Origin: Myxococcota bacterium
GTDB lineage: Bacteria > Myxococcota_A > Bradymonadia > UBA7976 > UBA1532
Assembly: GCA_036337435.1 (NCBI GenBank)
Contig: JAYZEG010000058.1
Span: 224,001 to 288,000 of the forward strand
Length of the DNA: 64,000 bases
Reading direction: 5' to 3'
The position numbers and the translations under genes were made by a program. Below are positions 1 through 8,998 of this stretch, piece after piece. The notes beneath the pieces are model-generated. The model was not told where the DNA came from and made no database searches. It worked only from the letters and a program-made list of their open reading frames with translations. Each line of letters starts with the position of its first letter. Position 1 is the first letter of the stretch.

Positions 1-1
1 C

Positions 2-751
2 CGACATTCATTGGTCGATGCAATCATGCGCGCCACCGACGTCATGATCAGCGGGAAGCGCGCCATTGTTTGCGGCTTTGGCGATGTGGGTAAGGGATCA
101 GTAGATGCACTCCGAGGTCAGCAAGCCAAAGTGTCGGTGACTGAGATCGACCCCATTTGTGCTCTCCAAGCCTCCATGGCTGGCATCGACGTGATCACGT
201 TAGAAAGCGCGCTCGCTGATTTCGATATTTTTGTGACCGCGACGGGTAATAAAGACATCATCACAGCAGACCACATGCTGAAGATGAAGCATAACGCAAT
301 CGTTTGTAATATCGGTCATTTTGATAATGAAATCGATATGGCTGGACTCGAAGCAATGCTGGACACAGGTGACGTCCAGAAGATTGAGATCAAGCCGCAG
401 GTGCACGAATGGCGGTTCAACAACACCACACATGGACCAAACGGCGGAGGTCACTCGATCATCATTCTGGCAGAAGGCCGGCTCGTTAATCTTGGATGTG
501 CCACAGGCCACCCAAGTCTAGTGATGTCAGCATCTTTCACCAATCAAGTTTTGGCACAAATCGACCTTCAGGAAAATGCAGAGAAAATCGGCATGAAGGT
601 CATCACGCTTCCAAAGCACTTAGACGAGAAAGTTGCTCGCCTGCATCTTGCAAAATATGGCGTTGAGCTCACCAAGCTCTCAAAAGACCAGGCATCGTAC
701 ATTGGTGTTGAGCAAGAGGGACCTTACAAACCAGGCCATTACCGGTACTAG
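2..751 (+). CDS. ahcY: S-adenosylhomocysteine hydrolase, 5'-truncated by window edge
   Basis: [11 protein letters not shown]-binding motif, [37 protein letters not shown]-terminal [10 protein letters not shown]; frame open to window start. Confidence 0.97.
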   Translation, partial: RHSLVDAIMRATDVMISGKRAIVCGFGDVGKGSVDALRGQQAKVSVTEIDPICALQASMAGIDVITLESALADFDIFVTATGNKDIITADHMLKMKHNAIVCNIGHFDNEIDMAGLEAMLDTGDVQKIEIKPQVHEWRFNNTTHGPNGGGHSIIILAEGRLVNLGCATGHPSLVMSASFTNQVLAQIDLQENAEKIGMKVITLPKHLDEKVARLHLAKYGVELTKLSKDQASYIGVEQEGPYKPGHYRY

Positions 752-770
752 GACGGAAGTAGCCCGAGAC

Positions 771-802
771 AAGAAAGGCTGGCGCGATGCCAGCCTTTTT
801 TT
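771..802. terminator. Intrinsic terminator, probably bidirectional, between convergent ahcY and murA
   Basis: AAAGGCTGGC-GCGAT-GCCAGCCTTT hairpin followed by a T run, with an A-rich 5' flank. Confidence 0.85.
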
Positions 803-826
803 ATTCTGAATCAACAAACAGGCTCA

Positions 827-2110
827 TTAATCAACGGAGTGTCGACTGATGGCAGCTCCAATCTTTACCAATTTTTCTTCGATTCTTTGGTAGCCACGAT
901 CGATTTGGTGGATGTTGTAGATCTCTGTCTTTCCAACAGAGCATAAGCCAGCGATAAGCAGAGCCATACCCGCCCGTACATCCGGACTCTCAACTCGTCC
1001 ACCGCGTAGAGTTTGGGGTCCAACAACCACAACTCGATGGGGGTCACATAGAATAATTTGAGCACCCAGATTTTGCAGGTGGTCTGTAAAGAACATTCGA
1101 CCCTCGAACATTTTCTCAAAGAAAAGAACTGTCCCCTTACATTGAGTTGCGACCGTGATCACAATGCTCATCAAATCTGTTGGAAACGCCGGCCAAATTG
1201 CGTCGTCAACTCGAGGCACATGTCCATGATAATCGGGCTTTATTTGGAGGGATTGGTCCTCAGGTACAAATAGAGTGTCTCCATTCAACTCGGTACGCAC
1301 GCCAAGCCTGTCAAAAACCATTCTAATCATTCTTAAATTGTCAGGCTGAACCCGGTTGATGGTCAGAGGACTTTTTGTGACAGCAGCAAGGCCAATGAAA
1401 CTCCCAATTTCAAGATAATCACTCTCGATTGTATGGTCGCAACCTCCGAGTTTATCGACGCCTTCAATAAATAAGGTATTGGACCCAATGCCGTCTATTT
1501 TTGCACCCATGGCGACCAACATTCGCGCAAGACCACAAACATGCGGCTCACAGGCTGCATTTCGAATGATGGTTGTTCCCTTTGCAAGAGCTGCCGCCAT
1601 GATGGCATTTTCTGTACCTGTCACGGACGCTTCATCCAAGAATATGTCAGACGCAACTAAACGTCCTGCCCGAATATCGTACGCTTTTTCAACATCAATA
1701 CTGGCCCCGAGTGCTTGAAACGCATGGAGGTGAGTATCAACACGTCGACGCCCGATTACATCTCCTCCTGGCGGAGGTAGAATGACATGACCCAAACGAG
1801 CAACCATGGGACCCGCAAACAGGATAGACGCTCTAATTCGGCTACACAGTGCTGCATCTAGCGCGGCACCTTTTACATTCGCCGTACAAATTTTCACATC
1901 ATTTTCGCCGAGCCACTCGACAGTAGCCCCCTGACGCTCCAAAACTTGGCACATAACACCTACATCGCGGATGCGGGGTACGTTCCTGAGGATGACAGGC
2001 TCTTCAGTCAGTAGACATGCTGCGAGAGTTGGTAAAGCTTCATTTTTGTTTCCACTCGGTGTAACCGAACCAGATAATCGTCTACGACCATCAATGACAA
2101 ATTTTTCCAC
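827..2110 (-). CDS. murA: UDP-N-acetylglucosamine 1-carboxyvinyltransferase (Asp at the Cys115-equivalent position)
   Basis: SGNKNEALP, RASIL, PGGDVIGRRRVDTH, ASVTGTEN, WPAFPTD, DVRAG, IDRGY. Confidence 0.97.
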   Translation of the reverse strand: MEKFVIDGRRRLSGSVTPSGNKNEALPTLAACLLTEEPVILRNVPRIRDVGVMCQVLERQGATVEWLGENDVKICTANVKGAALDAALCSRIRASILFAGPMVARLGHVILPPPGGDVIGRRRVDTHLHAFQALGASIDVEKAYDIRAGRLVASDIFLDEASVTGTENAIMAAALAKGTTIIRNAACEPHVCGLARMLVAMGAKIDGIGSNTLFIEGVDKLGGCDHTIESDYLEIGSFIGLAAVTKSPLTINRVQPDNLRMIRMVFDRLGVRTELNGDTLFVPEDQSLQIKPDYHGHVPRVDDAIWPAFPTDLMSIVITVATQCKGTVLFFEKMFEGRMFFTDHLQNLGAQIILCDPHRVVVVGPQTLRGGRVESPDVRAGMALLIAGLCSVGKTEIYNIHQIDRGYQRIEEKLVKIGAAISRHSVD

Positions 2111-2113
2111 GCG

Positions 2114-3199
2114 CTATGTCTCCTGTATCGATAAACTGCCACATTTGATGGCAAATTGACGCTTATCACCATCAATTCGTAGATAAGCAGGGTCTGTCGT
2201 TGTGATAAAGACTTGTCCTTCGAAACGGTTCAAGAAATGAAATAACCGCTCATTTCTGTAGGCGTCTAATTCACTTGAAACATCATCTAGCAAAACGACA
2301 GGCACCTGGTCTTGACTCATCTTTAGCAATTGAATTTCTGCAATTTTAAGTGCCAGTACTAACGCCCTTTGTTGACCTTGGCTAGCATAGTTTCGTGCGG
2401 TGTGACCAGACAACGAGATAACAAAATCTTCTGAATGCGGCCCTTTTTGGGTAAATCCTCGATCTCGATCACGCTCTCGATCTTTAAGCCAGATCTGAGA
2501 AAGCTCATCTTCAAGGGAATCAGAGACAGAGACAGACCTTTTATATCGAATCGCTGTGTTTGCTCCATCACCGAGAATGGCTTCGACATTTTCAACGAAT
2601 AAAGAATTAACAGATTCGATGAACGCTGTTCTCGACCTAATAATTTGAGCACCAGTACGAGCTAACGTCAGTTCGTATGCATCTAATAGATCATCGGATG
2701 CATTGTCTCTCAGTAACTTATTTCGAGCGTCAAGAGCCCGTCTATAGGCAATACAATCATCAAAATGAGTTGGTTTTCCCGTAAAAATTGCCCGGTCAAG
2801 AAAACGGCGACGGCCGTCCGGTGCCCCCCTGACTAAACCAACATCATCCGGTGTAAATAAAACAACAGAAAGAGCCCCAAAGTATTGATTTGCTCGGGCT
2901 TTCTTACCTTCTCGATGAGCTAATCTTTGACCGTTTTTTATTTGTACACTGAGTCTGTGATCCAGGCCTAAATGACGAATTTTTGACTCAACTGATGATT
3001 CATTTTCGGACCATGATATCAGTTCTTTAATTCGATTTGTTCGAAATGGCCGAAGAGTCGCTAACCAATAGATGGACTCAATAAGGTTCGTTTTACCTTG
3101 CCCGTTTTGACCACTGATGATGTTGAAACGCGGATGTGGTTCAAAATCAATGTGACGAAGATTTCGAAAATTTCGCACATTTAGAGTTTTTATATCCAC
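2114..3199 (-). CDS. recF: DNA replication/repair protein RecF
   Basis: NFRN, Walker A GQNGQGKTN, RRRFLD, ASQGQQR, LLDDVSSELD; directly downstream of dnaN. Confidence 0.96.
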   Translation of the reverse strand: MDIKTLNVRNFRNLRHIDFEPHPRFNIISGQNGQGKTNLIESIYWLATLRPFRTNRIKELISWSENESSVESKIRHLGLDHRLSVQIKNGQRLAHREGKKARANQYFGALSVVLFTPDDVGLVRGAPDGRRRFLDRAIFTGKPTHFDDCIAYRRALDARNKLLRDNASDDLLDAYELTLARTGAQIIRSRTAFIESVNSLFVENVEAILGDGANTAIRYKRSVSVSDSLEDELSQIWLKDRERDRDRGFTQKGPHSEDFVISLSGHTARNYASQGQQRALVLALKIAEIQLLKMSQDQVPVVLLDDVSSELDAYRNERLFHFLNRFEGQVFITTTDPAYLRIDGDKRQFAIKCGSLSIQET

Positions 3200-3204
3200 C
3201 GAAA

Positions 3205-4317
3205 CTAGAGCCGCATCGGCATGACAACGAACAAATATTCATCATTCTGATGTTCTCTAAATAATCCAGGAGAGAGTGCTTCGTTGAGCGCCATCTCAAT
3301 TTTAGCAGCACCCAGGGTACTTAAAATTTCGATGACATACTTAGCATTGAACGCAATAATTAAATCACCACCGTTATAGTCGATCTCGATCTCTTCTCTG
3401 GCTTTACCAAACTCTGGATTATCACTTAACAGAGTCATTAAACCGTCGGTAAGTTCGATTCTTACACCGTGAGTTCGTTCGCTCGCCAACAGACCAATTC
3501 GTTTCAGTGATTCGAGAAATGGGACTCGATCAAGAACGATAACCCGTTCACTCGACTTGGGAATAACCTGCATATAGTCAGGAAAGGTCGCATCGATCAG
3601 ACGGACAAATAAAAAGCTGTTTGCAGACGCGATAACAATGTTGTTGTCGAGAAAGCCAAATGAAACTTCTTTTCCTGCTTCATCCAACATTCTCTTAAGT
3701 TCAAGAATCCCCTTGCGAGGTATAATGACACCATCATGTGGTGGGATTGATGCCTCTCTGTCAACGCTCCTCTCACCTTGGCTCAAACGATGGCCATCAG
3801 TCGAGACCATGCAGATACGGTTGCTGTCTAGACATCTGAAATAGACACCATTCAAATTAGGTCGAGATTCGTCAGTTGAGATAGATAACATCGAACGTTC
3901 TAGAAGTTCCCTGAGTGCGACTCCGTCGACCGGAAATAGTTTAACTCCGTGAGCATCAGGGAGTGCAGGGTAGGTCTCAGACGATGTACCTAATAAGACG
4001 AATTCTGCATTTTTGCACTTAAGTACAATTCGCGATTCATCTGTTACATCAATGTCAACTTCTTCTCCAGGCAGACTACGAATGACCTCATAAAGTCTTT
4101 TACCATCAACAGTCACACTGCCCTTATCCGCACTTCGACAGAGCAGATAACCGTCGTAGGTTACATCTAGGTCAGTCGCCGAAATTCGGAGTTTACCCTC
4201 ATCCATCACTTCTAACCTTACGTTAGATAAAACGGGTAGACTTGCTCGTCTGCTCAAGACCCCTTGGATGCGGCCGAGTGCTTTCCCAAAAAGATCTCGG
4301 TTGATTGCAAATTTCAT
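3205..4317 (-). CDS. dnaN: DNA polymerase III beta sliding clamp
   Basis: LPVLSNV, SATDLD, RPNLNGV, STDGHRL, RLIDATFPDY, C-terminal VVMPMRL; SD AGGAG. Confidence 0.97.
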   Translation of the reverse strand: MKFAINRDLFGKALGRIQGVLSRRASLPVLSNVRLEVMDEGKLRISATDLDVTYDGYLLCRSADKGSVTVDGKRLYEVIRSLPGEEVDIDVTDESRIVLKCKNAEFVLLGTSSETYPALPDAHGVKLFPVDGVALRELLERSMLSISTDESRPNLNGVYFRCLDSNRICMVSTDGHRLSQGERSVDREASIPPHDGVIIPRKGILELKRMLDEAGKEVSFGFLDNNIVIASANSFLFVRLIDATFPDYMQVIPKSSERVIVLDRVPFLESLKRIGLLASERTHGVRIELTDGLMTLLSDNPEFGKAREEIEIDYNGGDLIIAFNAKYVIEILSTLGAAKIEMALNEALSPGLFREHQNDEYLFVVMPMRL

Positions 4318-4399
4318 TTAAAGCTCCTATCCAACAGCAACTAGACTAAGTTGACTTACATGCAGTCAGAGTGCTTTGCAACGAGTAAAATAGCTCGAC

Positions 4400-4700
4400 A
4401 GATCTCGAGTAAATTCGGTTTTCCACATGTGCCTTATCTATGACTTATATAAATTTATATAATTAGAAGTTTTAGTATTAGTTTTAGGCTATGTTGAAAT
4501 TGTTTTTAACTTCCTAACATTTTGATTTTATTTAATAAATTATTTTTTGCGCATGTTGATAAATTAGGTTTTTAAAAAGATTTTTCCATAAGCGGACTCT
4601 TGACAGTTCGCCTTCAAGCAAACGTCACGGTTAGTAAACAGAGATATAAACAAGGGGCTGGTGATAATTTTTTTTTCGTCTTAATAGAAAATAAATCAAT
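4400..4700. other. Probable chromosomal replication origin (oriC)
   Basis: Most AT-rich stretch in the window; DnaA box TTTTCCACA (4419-4427), near-boxes TGTTGATAA (4554-4562) and TTTTCCATA (4582-4590); DnaA-trio-like run 4464-4487; lies upstream of dnaN. Confidence 0.7.
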
Positions 4701-5736
4701 GCAGAGCACTTTCACGAATATGTATCGCTTAGTTAGACGTCTCTTATTTCTTTTAAAACCCGAAAGTGCGCACCATTTTGCACTGGGAGCTCTTCACTTT
4801 GTTTGCGCTGTACCGGGAGTAAAGTGGGTTTTGAAGCAGCTCTATCATAGACAGAACCAAACTCCACAGACGCTTCTGGGTCACACCTTTCTCAACCCGA
4901 TTGGTATCGCGGCCGGTTTTGATAAGAATGGAGAGCACATCGATGTGTTGTCCTGCTTAGGATTTGGATTCATTGAAATCGGCTCAGCGACCGCTCGACC
5001 AGCAGTTGGAAATCCTCAACCTCGATTGTTCCGCCTCAAAACTGATCACGCTCTCATCAATCGTATGGGTTTGAATAATCAGGGTGCCAAGGCGATTTCT
5101 GACAGACTTTCGCGGGTCAATCGCTGCTGTCCACTTTTCGTAAATATTGCCAAAACGCATGACCCAACCATCGTTGATGATTTGGCCATCGATGATTATT
5201 GCGAAAGTGTGAAACTGCTGGTCGATGTGGCGGATGTGCTTGTCATTAATGTGAGCTGTCCGAATTCGGGTGATGGCCGCACATTTGAGGATCCGGATGC
5301 CCTGGGTCAGCTTTTGCCTGCAATCAGAAAAACAATTGGAGATAGATCTGTCCCATACCTAGTCAAGGTGTCACCCGACTTGTCCGAATCTCAGCTTCAA
5401 GCTGTTGTTAGACTTGCTATCGACAATGGGGCGGCTGGATTCACCGCAACGAATACGACAGTGAGTCGTGATCGTCTAAATGCATCGGCAGAAGAGTTAG
5501 CAGTTATTGGTGCCGGTGGTCTGAGTGGTCGCCCACTCCACTCTAGGGCACTCAAGACCGTTGAGAATATTCGGTCGATGACCGACCTTCCAATCATCGC
5601 TGTTGGCGGTATTTCTCGGGTTGAGCATGCTCAGGCATTTATTGATGCAGGCGCCTCTTTGGTACAACTATACAGCGGATTTATTTACGAAGGGCCTTCG
5701 CTCGTCAGACGCATTGCCCATCAACTTCGTCTTTAG
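4699..5736 (+). CDS. pyrD: Quinone-dependent dihydroorotate dehydrogenase (class 2)
   Basis: PESAH, NPIGIAAGFDKNG, GNPQPRLFRL, INRMGLNN, NVSCPN, VKVSPD, GGLSG; start 4699 or 4720 preferred over the 4600 TTG. Confidence 0.95.
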   Translation: MQSTFTNMYRLVRRLLFLLKPESAHHFALGALHFVCAVPGVKWVLKQLYHRQNQTPQTLLGHTFLNPIGIAAGFDKNGEHIDVLSCLGFGFIEIGSATARPAVGNPQPRLFRLKTDHALINRMGLNNQGAKAISDRLSRVNRCCPLFVNIAKTHDPTIVDDLAIDDYCESVKLLVDVADVLVINVSCPNSGDGRTFEDPDALGQLLPAIRKTIGDRSVPYLVKVSPDLSESQLQAVVRLAIDNGAAGFTATNTTVSRDRLNASAEELAVIGAGGLSGRPLHSRALKTVENIRSMTDLPIIAVGGISRVEHAQAFIDAGASLVQLYSGFIYEGPSLVRRIAHQLRL

Positions 5737-5759
5737 TTTTCTAAATTTTAGAGCGCAAA

Positions 5760-5789
5760 TTGGCTTAGAAATGAAACTGGGACTAAAAT
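5760..5789 (+). promoter_or_regulatory. Putative sigma70-type promoter, probably giving a leaderless mRNA for the SIR2-like gene
   Basis: TTGGCT-N18-TAAAAT, ATG 7 nt downstream, no SD. Confidence 0.45.
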
Positions 5790-5796
5790 TTAGGCT

Positions 5797-7440
5797 ATGG
5801 ACAAGGCATCGAAAATAAAAAGACTTCGCTCTGCACTCGCGCAGGCTCGTGGTGTACTCGTACTCGGTCCTTTATTTTCAAAACAGATAGAGTGTCTTTG
5901 CATCGATGAATTCATCAGTGAGATGCCATCACGTATCAGTGATGGCTCGAGCTGGGATGGAATGGATCTCCACGATAGATTTCGTCTTGTCGCGACCGAT
6001 CTGGGAGAGGAGCGGTTAAGAAATGAATTAGCTGAATATTTTCCATCGGAGGAAATGTTAGTTGGCCAAGTTAAATCGTTTCAGAAGCAGCTACTGAGTC
6101 TCCCTTTTTCAACGGTGATCGACCTTGATAAGCACAATCTCACCAATGCCGTATTGCGGTCTACCAATCAGAGATTTCGGTATATTTGTTCCGACTCAGA
6201 TTTAGTCTCTCAATCTCAAAACCTACCTGGTGAGAAAGATGTCATCAAAGTTCGAGGTGACCTCTGGCTTGATGAGTCGTCAGTTACAATCGATGATGTT
6301 AAAAAACGTTTATTTCAGAATCCGGGCGTCACAAGATTCATCGAAAAAACCCTTCGAGATGGACCCGTTATCCTCTATGGATTCGATCCTAACGACCCAA
6401 TTTTGAGGTGGATAACCGAGACATTTTCGCCCTTGGCAGGGACATCTTTTCTGTGTACTCGTTTGTCCAATAAACTTTGGTCTCAATATTGGAAAACTCA
6501 GGGTTTTCAGGTCTTACATGCTGCGACCATTCCGGAACTTGAGTCAGCTGTCTCTGAACTGTGTGACTCGATACAGCCAAAAAGTGACTTGCCAGATATC
6601 CATTCAATGCTCGATGAGGTGGGGGATGTCGTCGCTCGACAATTGGCATCAGTAGACCTTTTGCAATGGGTTCGACGGCCTAAATCCGAACTGGATGAAT
6701 TGACATCATCTGAACTCAATTCGGTTGCTCGTAGTATTCAAATGATGGCGCTCCTCAACGAACACGGCTTACCGATACCTGCACGTCCGGCTGCATATGC
6801 AGCCGAGGTATCTATTGGTGCAGGCGACCTGCCTGCTGCACGGCAAGCCCTTGAATTGGCGGTTCATTCCATTTCGAATCAACAACGATTCGATCACATA
6901 GCCATGGCTGCAGTTGGGCGAACATTGATCAGACTTGGTGACACGCATCGTGCTCGTCTCTATCTCCAGAGTGCACTTCATGCAAATGAGACCGATCCCC
7001 GCGCTCAAGCAGATGATTTTGCTTGGTTGAGTCGATCCGTGCTCAAAAAAATAGACCTCCTCAGAGCAAGAGGCAGACGACGTGCTGTGATCGAATTGGT
7101 GGCGGGGTTCCTAAAAGACCAAGCACCCTACATTTATCTGACTCAAGAAGAGACCGATGATCCTGAGTTTTCGCGGTCGATTTATTACATCAATTTACGG
7201 CTTGGACGCCTGATGGCACTGGCCAGCGAAATGGCTGAACAATCAGCACGTGTTTACGAAGAACAGGCAGTTATTCTGTTAAAACGCGCTATCGAAATGG
7301 TTCCGGGAAAGCCCGACGGTTATAAGGCCATCAGACCTCTATTAACGGATCGGAAATATTCGACGGCTGATTCCAAGTTATGGATGGCGCTTGTTGCATC
7401 AGCTCCGCCTGCTGTCCAAAGGCGACTTGGTGGTCGTTAA
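5797..7440 (+). CDS. SIR2-like fold (degenerate) + TPR-like helical domain protein
   Basis: N-terminal ~260 aa follow the SIR2_2 pattern (VLVLGPLFS, LLSLPFSTVIDLDKHNL, VIKVRGDL, VILYGFDPNDP); C-terminal Ala/Leu-rich helical repeats. Confidence 0.65.
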   Translation: MDKASKIKRLRSALAQARGVLVLGPLFSKQIECLCIDEFISEMPSRISDGSSWDGMDLHDRFRLVATDLGEERLRNELAEYFPSEEMLVGQVKSFQKQLLSLPFSTVIDLDKHNLTNAVLRSTNQRFRYICSDSDLVSQSQNLPGEKDVIKVRGDLWLDESSVTIDDVKKRLFQNPGVTRFIEKTLRDGPVILYGFDPNDPILRWITETFSPLAGTSFLCTRLSNKLWSQYWKTQGFQVLHAATIPELESAVSELCDSIQPKSDLPDIHSMLDEVGDVVARQLASVDLLQWVRRPKSELDELTSSELNSVARSIQMMALLNEHGLPIPARPAAYAAEVSIGAGDLPAARQALELAVHSISNQQRFDHIAMAAVGRTLIRLGDTHRARLYLQSALHANETDPRAQADDFAWLSRSVLKKIDLLRARGRRRAVIELVAGFLKDQAPYIYLTQEETDDPEFSRSIYYINLRLGRLMALASEMAEQSARVYEEQAVILLKRAIEMVPGKPDGYKAIRPLLTDRKYSTADSKLWMALVASAPPAVQRRLGGR

Positions 7441-8934
7441 ATGTTTATAAAATCTAAAATTCGTTTTCTGAACTCTCTGTCACATCTCTTGGTCGGTGTG
7501 CTATTTAGCATGACCCCTCACATCGGTTTTGCCCAGCAAAGCGGGGGGTCAAAAACGTCTTTCGAACCGGACCTCGCGTCCATGACGAAAAAAGCCAGAT
7601 CAATTCTCAAAGATAAGTCATTGGCGAAGATTAAGCTCAGCGTTATTTTTCAGCGAACGAAAACGGGTGAAATTCTCTTTTCGAGTTCTCCCGACCAAAA
7701 ATTACATCCGGCATCGAACACAAAACTGATTACAACTGCGGCCGGGTTAGAACTTTTGGGCCCTGGATACCGATGGAAAACCGTGCTTGCAACCGATAAA
7801 TACAGTCGGGGCCATGCTCGAAATCTATATTTGATAGGCAAAGGCGATCCGCGCTTTGTGAGTGAATCGCTGTGGACGTTAATCACCGATGCTAAACTTG
7901 AAAACGGGTTGAAACGTGTGGATGGCAACTTAGTCGTCGATGACACGTATTTTACGCCAGAGACCATGGCCCCTGGATTTAACGACAAAAACCAAGACAG
8001 TGCATACAGAGCAGCATCTGGAGCGATGAGTATTAACTTCAATAGTGTCTCAATCAACATCAGACCTGGCCAAACTGTTGACTCAGTGCCCATTCTCAGA
8101 ATCAGGCCGACTCGACACCATTTCAACATCAAGAATAATGCCCGTACAACAAATGCAGGCTCGGAAAGCTTAGGTTTAAGTGCGTCTGCATACGGAGACA
8201 AAACGCGACTTCATTTGACCGGTCGAATACCTAAATCCCACCGTGGACTCACCGTAAGACGGCGGATTGACAATCCGGCTCTTTATGCAGGCGATGCCGC
8301 CAAGGCGTTCCTCAAGAGGGCGGGGATTCGAGTTAAAGGGAAGGTGAAAAAGGGAAAAGCACCTCGTCGAATCAAAACTCTATCTCGCCTCATATCCCGG
8401 CCACTTTCGCTTATTATCCAAGATATCAATAAGCTGAGTAATAATTTCATGGCCGAACAATTGCTCAGGACCATTGGCCTTGTCCACGGACAAGCTGGTG
8501 ACTGGAAAAATGGAACCTCGGTTGTAAAAAAATATCTGGAACAACAGGTCCAACTTACCGATTTCAATTTTGTAAACGGTTCGGGCTTGTTTGGCAAAAC
8601 AGCGTTTTCTGCGAGACAGATAGCAGCCCTTCTACAGCGTATGGCTCATCATAAATCTTTACAGCCGGAGTTCTTCGGTTCCCTTGCATTATCTCGCCTC
8701 GATGGCACCTTAAAGAAGCGTTTTAGGGATATGCCTCAAGGGACCATTCGCGCTAAGACCGGTACTCTTCAGGGTGTGATCTGTCTCTCCGGCTACATCC
8801 ACCATAAAAACGGCGAGCTGATCACATTTAGTATTTTAATGAACGATGTACCGGGCCGAGGCTGGCTTGCCTACAAAACTCAAGATCGGCTTCTCCGTGT
8901 TTTCTCCGGTTATGGGGACAACACCAAAAAATAA
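7441..8934 (+). CDS. dacB: D-Ala-D-Ala carboxypeptidase/endopeptidase (PBP4, peptidase S13)
   Basis: Signal peptide; SxxK PASNTKL, GKGDP, SNN, NGSGL, KTGTL. Confidence 0.93.
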   Translation: MFIKSKIRFLNSLSHLLVGVLFSMTPHIGFAQQSGGSKTSFEPDLASMTKKARSILKDKSLAKIKLSVIFQRTKTGEILFSSSPDQKLHPASNTKLITTAAGLELLGPGYRWKTVLATDKYSRGHARNLYLIGKGDPRFVSESLWTLITDAKLENGLKRVDGNLVVDDTYFTPETMAPGFNDKNQDSAYRAASGAMSINFNSVSINIRPGQTVDSVPILRIRPTRHHFNIKNNARTTNAGSESLGLSASAYGDKTRLHLTGRIPKSHRGLTVRRRIDNPALYAGDAAKAFLKRAGIRVKGKVKKGKAPRRIKTLSRLISRPLSLIIQDINKLSNNFMAEQLLRTIGLVHGQAGDWKNGTSVVKKYLEQQVQLTDFNFVNGSGLFGKTAFSARQIAALLQRMAHHKSLQPEFFGSLALSRLDGTLKKRFRDMPQGTIRAKTGTLQGVICLSGYIHHKNGELITFSILMNDVPGRGWLAYKTQDRLLRVFSGYGDNTKK

Positions 8935-8998
8935 CATTTTTTTAGATCGTTTCCCGAGCTCAACCGTTTCATGGGTACAACCTAATTTAGGAAAGCCC

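Noticed and set aside
4419..4432. parS site at TTCCACATGTG
   Set aside because: Does not fit the 16-bp GTTNCACGTGNAAC palindrome; better explained as a DnaA box
4600..4698. N-terminal extension of PyrD from the ORF track (similarly for hisS, ugd, the epimerase, cysE and the L,D-transpeptidase)
   Set aside because: Family homology and SD or signal-peptide positions start at downstream ATGs; the extensions run through intergenic or origin DNA
5797..7440. Active SIR2 anti-phage system (Thoeris, DSR, Sir2-HerA)
   Set aside because: Catalytic motifs are substituted; no TIR, HerA or Argonaute partner; housekeeping context
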